Shown one piece after another: positions 37,238 to 41,290 of a stretch of 41,290 nt of DNA. A program made the translations under genes and the position numbers. Source of the DNA: a virus. The stretch lies in UHGV virus genome UHGV-0387525; one strand, given 5' to 3'. The notes beneath the pieces are model-generated. The model saw only the letters and a list, made by a program, of their open reading frames with translations. It was not told the origin of the DNA and ran no database searches. How positions within the stretch are numbered: the stretch's first letter is position 1; each line of letters starts with the position of its first letter.

Positions 37238-37749
37238 GCCGCGTTTCCTTCTTTCTTATTAACAATCACACCGTCATATATTTCATTAAGGTGCCCTCTC
37301 AACTCCATGCGCCTTAATGCAGATAACATGTAATCGCATTCAACCTGCTTATTCCCGGTAAATGGCTTATCGTCAGGATTACCCCAACAGCAATTACCCC
37401 TGGGCCATCCATGTACTTTCCGTACTCTTCCGTTAACAACGTGAAGTAATCCCCAGCCGGGAGGTAAATCCTCAACTGAAATAATTTCCGGCTCACTAAT
37501 AAAGAATCGCCAGTCGCCCATGCCAAGTGAGGGATTTTTACGGAAACGCTTTTTTCTATCTGCCAACAAGTCAGCACGAGAACACTTCGCCTCTATCAGG
37601 CATGATGCTGAATTTCTGAATCCCATAGCATCTGGCTGTTCTCCGGTACTGGTTACAGCAACAAAGCGGTCATGAAAGCAAACCTTGAACCCGTTGCGCT
37701 TAAGGAACTTGTACGCAATCTGACAGAGTTCGTGGTGTGTTAACGCCAT
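37234..37749 (-). CDS. putative PD-(D/E)xK nuclease-like protein
   Basis: start at ATG 37749 with AAGGAGAG RBS; PDAMGF...IEAKCS resembles D-x(n)-E-x-K motif. Confidence 0.4.
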   Translation of the reverse strand: MALTHHELCQIAYKFLKRNGFKVCFHDRFVAVTSTGEQPDAMGFRNSASCLIEAKCSRADLLADRKKRFRKNPSLGMGDWRFFISEPEIISVEDLPPGWGLLHVVNGRVRKVHGWPRGNCCWGNPDDKPFTGNKQVECDYMLSALRRMELRGHLNEIYDGVIVNKKEGNAA

Positions 37750-37750
37750 A

Positions 37751-38275
37751 TCACTCTCCTTTGATGCGAATGCCAGCGACGCGTGGCACATTAACTTCCA
37801 CGATGCGCACAGTTGGTTTGTACATCTCAATCGCTGTCAGCCAGTCAGCGCCAGTCATGCGCTTTTCTGCATCGCCATTAGTCCACTTAACCGGTACACC
37901 AATAGCCTTCATCGCGATTTCTATTTCCCCGGCAATGGCGCTTTTTCCGCAACCAGTAAAACCAGAAACAACGACAAGAACTTCGCCTTTGGCTGGTTTT
38001 ATTTCCCGCGCTTCCAGTTCTGCAATGCGCTTTTTTGCTGCTTCCAGTTCATCCAGTAATTCCAGCACGGTAGCCGGATTAGCCTTGGCAACAAAATCCC
38101 GGACTGGCTTACAATCAATCTCCGCAATGGGTTGATACGATGTGTAGCCATGCTGTCTTGTATAACTACCGTGACGAATAACGAAAAAATCACCATTTAT
38201 TTTTTTAGCCTGCCACTTATCTTCACCGGCTTTCTCTGCCGCTTCACGCAGTGCCTGATAGTCAATCTTGCTCAC
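37751..38275 (-). CDS. Ead/Ea22-like protein
   Basis: N-terminus MSKIDYQALREAAEKA... typical of lambdoid ead/Ea22-like proteins (from memory). Confidence 0.45.
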   Translation of the reverse strand: MSKIDYQALREAAEKAGEDKWQAKKINGDFFVIRHGSYTRQHGYTSYQPIAEIDCKPVRDFVAKANPATVLELLDELEAAKKRIAELEAREIKPAKGEVLVVVSGFTGCGKSAIAGEIEIAMKAIGVPVKWTNGDAEKRMTGADWLTAIEMYKPTVRIVEVNVPRVAGIRIKGE

Positions 38276-38784
38276 TGGTTGCCTCCTTTGCGAAGCTGGG
38301 CGGCGATATCTTCGAGAACGCCATCAGAGAATGAGCGGTCAAAATCGCCTTCCGGCGCATTAGCCATAAACTCAGTAGAGGTAAGAATCATCCGGGCAAT
38401 ATCCGCGGCGTTCTTCGCAGTATCATCAATAAAACCAGCTTCCCAGGCAGCCAGCATTCTGTTCGCCACAAAGTAAGCGCCCTCCTTGCGTGCTTCAGTC
38501 TTCACTTCAGCCAGGAAAGCGTCGGTGGCTGGGGTTTCCGTGAAGTTGTCCTCCCAACCGTAGTACTCCTGACGACAGAAGTTATTAAATTCCTTCTCCG
38601 ACTGTTTAAGCCCCGCATTCTCCGCCGCCAGCGCATTAGCACGCACCAGTTGCACTTCCAGTTGCGTTGCCAAATCGCTGATCAGCTTTGCCACACTGCG
38701 CATATCAACGGCACCACATTCTGCTTTCAGTTCCGAAGCCATCTCATGCCCGGCGGAAACTAACCCTTTGATATTACTTTCCAT
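38272..38784 (-). CDS. hypothetical nin-region protein
   Basis: 170 aa ORF, coupled to neighbours. Confidence 0.4.
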   Translation of the reverse strand: MESNIKGLVSAGHEMASELKAECGAVDMRSVAKLISDLATQLEVQLVRANALAAENAGLKQSEKEFNNFCRQEYYGWEDNFTETPATDAFLAEVKTEARKEGAYFVANRMLAAWEAGFIDDTAKNAADIARMILTSTEFMANAPEGDFDRSFSDGVLEDIAAQLRKGGNQ

Positions 38785-38845
38785 CTTTACCCTCGCTTAT
38801 CCACATAACTTATTGATTACATTGATAACTAAAAAGATCGTCGAT

Positions 38846-39190
38846 TTAGAACTCTTCGATGTTCCAGCCACCACCTGCTTTCTTTGGCTTAACCGTTACC
38901 CCGATGATTCGGAACGGATACTGATCTGCGGCGACTTTGGTTTTCACCCTGGCGTCGTCGGTCCAGAAACCTTTCACTTCGTGCAGTTCCATCTCGCCGG
39001 TGGCGAGCATCACAGCGAAATCTGGCGTATAAAACGTGTTATCAGCTAACCGCAGCTTGATACCCTCGAACCGATACCAGGCGATTTCCCCTGCACGTTT
39101 ACGCTGCTCAAGGTGCTGGCAATACGCAGATTCTGTTTTGTTCATCTGGCCTGTTTTGAGTCGACCAAGAGCCTGTATCTGTTTTCTCAT
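38846..39190 (-). CDS. DUF1064-like small nuclease-fold protein
   Basis: 114 aa; YTPDFAV...ELHEVKG pattern. Confidence 0.45.
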   Translation of the reverse strand: MRKQIQALGRLKTGQMNKTESAYCQHLEQRKRAGEIAWYRFEGIKLRLADNTFYTPDFAVMLATGEMELHEVKGFWTDDARVKTKVAADQYPFRIIGVTVKPKKAGGGWNIEEF

Positions 39191-39193
39191 GAT

Positions 39194-39208
39194 TTACCCC
39201 TGAGGTAA
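39194..39208. promoter_or_regulatory. operator-like palindrome overlapping start region of gene 38846..39190
   Basis: ttacccctgaggtaa directly upstream of the minus-strand ATG. Confidence 0.6.
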
Positions 39209-39255
39209 TTAAAAACCACATAAGACACTAAATCAATAGATTTTAGAATATTTTA

Positions 39256-39270
39256 TTACCCAGTAGGTAA
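39256..39270. promoter_or_regulatory. operator-like palindrome
   Basis: ttacccagtaggtaa; on minus strand upstream of TTGATT-N17-TTTAAT promoter-like element. Confidence 0.6.
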
Positions 39271-39282
39271 TCATCGAGACGT

Positions 39283-39302
39283 AAAAAAATGCGCTATCGC
39301 GC
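39283..39302 (-). terminator. weak terminator-like hairpin after P-like gene
   Basis: stem gcgc/gcgc with tetraloop; on minus strand followed by A-TTTTTTT; only 4-bp stem. Confidence 0.3.
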
Positions 39303-39307
39303 TGGTA

Positions 39308-40090
39308 TTACTTGATAAATCCTGCCGCCTTTCCCCGCCTGTATTCCTCCATCAGCCACTGCGCCGGTGTTATTCCCCCAAGGGTGGCGGCGTTAGGCAT
39401 GCACCCGAAACTTCGCCCTGGTGGATGGTAAACGTCTCTCCCTGTGTCCGGAGGTGTACTCATGGGTTCTGGCTTTGCCTGTATGCTGATCACCGGATCG
39501 GGTATCTGCTGTCCGGAAGCCACCTTTTTCGCCCAATCATCGAGCAGCCTGCGCGCGTGTTTCTCAACCTCAATCTCGCTAAGCTGGCGCTGATACATTG
39601 CACGGCGGGTATCACATACGACCCAGTACATAACCGGATGTCGCCACGGGAATCTTTCGGGACCACCAGGATATAAACTTTTTTCCTTGCTGTACCGGTG
39701 AAACTCCGCCATCACATCGTCAATGGTGACGCCAAGAACCATCTTGCTGTCTTTGCACCACTTGATGAATTGCCCAGGCGACGGCCAGAACGGAGATTCA
39801 CTGGCGCGGGCGTGGCGCATACCAGCGTTAACCTGTTCCATTGTTGTGATCCCATTCTCCAGAAACGCAAGCATCCATTGTTTTCGAAATTCGTTTAGCT
39901 TTCCTTGCTCGCTGATAGCAGCGATGCTGCCTGGAAATGCAGCCTGTAACTGGACAAACATTTCGTTGAAAATTCTTGCAACCTGCTCCTTCTTTGCCCT
40001 TTCATCGTCAGCAGAAGCAACCGCCGTCGAGTGGTCATGCCCACCACGAAAGCGATCGTACTCATTAAGAAGTTCTGGAGTTGATTTCAT
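39308..40090 (-). CDS. replication protein P-like helicase loader
   Basis: RKQWMLAFLENGITTMEQVNAGMRHAR...PSPGQFIKWC closely matches lambda P as recalled; start at ATG 40090 with GAGGTG RBS. Confidence 0.85.
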   Translation of the reverse strand: MKSTPELLNEYDRFRGGHDHSTAVASADDERAKKEQVARIFNEMFVQLQAAFPGSIAAISEQGKLNEFRKQWMLAFLENGITTMEQVNAGMRHARASESPFWPSPGQFIKWCKDSKMVLGVTIDDVMAEFHRYSKEKSLYPGGPERFPWRHPVMYWVVCDTRRAMYQRQLSEIEVEKHARRLLDDWAKKVASGQQIPDPVISIQAKPEPMSTPPDTGRDVYHPPGRSFGCMPNAATLGGITPAQWLMEEYRRGKAAGFIK

Positions 40091-40898
40091 CCCACACCTC
40101 ATCTATCCAGTCAGTGTTATGCCAGTCAAGGCTCTTTCTGACTTCACCTGATTTCTGTCTACAGAACTGGATGCGCCTTGCCAGCTTCTGCTCCCACTGT
40201 GCCTGATGGTATGCCTTACCCTCAGCCATCCAGTAAATTCTGAACTCTGCAAGTTCCTGTGCCGTTGGCAGACTGTCCAGGTAGATTCCCTGCAATGAGC
40301 TTTTCCGAAGAAAGTCATCTGATGGCTGCCATTGTTCATGCATGACAAATTTACCTAATTGCCCTGGCCCACCAGGAGGAACAAAGTTATTCATCACGGC
40401 GTTGTTTGCGACGGGGTCATGAGGCACAGAATCCCCGGTTTTTGTCCTGCTCTCCCTCTCTTGGTTAAATGACTGGTTATATGACTGGTTCTGGATCCCG
40501 TTTTTGGGATCATTCAACATCCCGTTTTTGGGATCATTCAACATCCCGTTTTTGGGTATATTCCCGTTTTCGGTAACATTACCGTTTTCGGGTTCATTGC
40601 CCCCCTCCCGGTTGCCTTTAATGTTCCCGTTTTTGGTTATATTAAGAGAGAAAACCCGCACTCTTTTTGTCGCTCCCTTTCTCTCTCCGGTATCTGAAAT
40701 AAGCCCCATTTTCATGAGCGATATAAGCCCGGCCTGCACGGTTTTTTTATTCAGGCAAGTGTCTTTAACGAGGCGTTCTATGCTGGGGTAGCAGAGGTTA
40801 TATTCATCGGCTCTGTCAGCCATCGAGAGCAGTATGAGCTTTAATGATGAGCTACCTGGATCTGTCTCCCAGGCCCAATCTGTTGCATGTCTGCTCAT
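40065..40898 (-). CDS. replication initiator, lambda-O-like, with internal ori iterons
   Basis: upstream of and overlapping P-like gene; repetitive peptide region (NGNI/NGML NDPK) coincides with nucleotide iterons. Confidence 0.6.
   Translation of the reverse strand: MSRHATDWAWETDPGSSSLKLILLSMADRADEYNLCYPSIERLVKDTCLNKKTVQAGLISLMKMGLISDTGERKGATKRVRVFSLNITKNGNIKGNREGGNEPENGNVTENGNIPKNGMLNDPKNGMLNDPKNGIQNQSYNQSFNQERESRTKTGDSVPHDPVANNAVMNNFVPPGGPGQLGKFVMHEQWQPSDDFLRKSSLQGIYLDSLPTAQELAEFRIYWMAEGKAYHQAQWEQKLARRIQFCRQKSGEVRKSLDWHNTDWIDEVWDEINSRTS
40471..40650. repeat. origin-like iteron array inside O-like gene
   Basis: gactggtt x2, then about seven copies of CCCGTTTT(T)GG at 18-24-bp spacing (two perfect 24-bp tandem copies at 40495-40542). 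Confidence 0.65.
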
Positions 40899-40913
40899 GA
40901 TTAATCTCCGCTA

Positions 40914-41114
40914 TCAGCTTGAGTGTTGTGGGGAGGAATTAATCATGATCTGCTTAATCTCTGCCCTGATGCGACGGTTTGACTCCATGGTGCACTCAAC
41001 ACAGTGTCCGTTGTAAACCCAGCGTTCACTGTCATGTCCGTGCTTACATGGTTTTCCGGTGTAGTAGCGTTTAAGTCCGCGCTTTGCGGCATCAATACGT
41101 GTAATGATTTCCAT
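40914..41114 (-). CDS. small Cys/His-rich protein in cII position
   Basis: 66 aa from ATG 41114; KPCKHGH...HCVEC. Confidence 0.4.
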   Translation of the reverse strand: MEIITRIDAAKRGLKRYYTGKPCKHGHDSERWVYNGHCVECTMESNRRIRAEIKQIMINSSPQHSS

Positions 41115-41194
41115 GGTAAGCCCTGTTATTAGTATTGGGATTACGGTTATTTTGTGCTGACACAAAAAAAAGATCAACCAGATTTGGTTTTTTA

Positions 41195-41209
41195 TTACCT
41201 TTGAGGTAC
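41195..41209. promoter_or_regulatory. operator-like palindrome TTACC-N5-GGTAC
   Basis: ttacctttgaggtac between cro-like terminator and zinc-finger gene. Confidence 0.5.
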
Positions 41210-41220
41210 GAATAGATATG

Positions 41221-41243
41221 AAAAGACCGCCGGATGGCGGTCT
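41221..41243 (-). terminator. terminator after cro-like gene (across the circular junction)
   Basis: 8-bp stem agaccgcc/ggcggtct with 4-nt loop; on minus strand followed by TTTTC. Confidence 0.5.
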
Positions 41244-41290
41244 ACAGAGGGTTGTTGCCAGATATCATGAGTAGAAGAAGTATGCCAGTT
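41224..41290. repeat. terminal direct repeat of 35-101, identical except the 4-nt hairpin loop is inverted (GGAT vs ATCC)
   Basis: direct comparison of the two window ends; 41236-41290 equals 47-101 exactly. Confidence 0.85.

Noticed and set aside
40471-40650. Tandem repeats as a CRISPR array
   Set aside because: The repeats are short, irregular, have no unique spacers and lie inside the O-like coding sequence; they fit origin iterons.
1-41290. Terminal repeats as attL/attR of an integrated prophage
   Set aside because: The integrase is 5.6 kb from the left end, the Cro-like gene runs into the repeat, and no host genes flank the element.

Overview
The window reads as a complete temperate phage genome of about 41.2 kb with no recognisable host genes. 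Its two ends carry the same ~67-bp segment, so the genome is circular or circularly permuted. All calls come from reading the sequence and the supplied ORF translations; no database search, HMM or folding program was run. The plus strand carries a lambdoid early-left arm (461-5587): a tandem-HTH repressor candidate, YqaJ-type exonuclease, RecT, AlpA-like excisionase, an MT-A70 adenine methyltransferase and a lambda-type Ser/Thr phosphatase, followed by a minus-strand tyrosine integrase. The minus strand carries a lambdoid early-right arm (Cro-like gene, zinc-finger gene, O-like initiator with iterons, lambda-P-like loader, nin-like genes), then terminase, a T7-like virion module (portal to internal virion proteins), a tail-fibre/tailspike and a lysis cassette. 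Between the tailspike and the virion genes lies an accessory region resembling P22 immI/sieA in layout (antirepressors plus AT-rich membrane-protein genes). The most unusual features are: (1) a 15-17-bp palindrome ATTACC-N5-GGTAAT present at least 12 times, almost always intergenic and overlapping promoter -10 regions; (2) a LexA box in front of a small antirepressor-like gene; (3) a structured leader with an anti-Shine-Dalgarno element in front of the Bro-N antirepressor; (4) an AT-rich membrane-protein cassette of unknown function.
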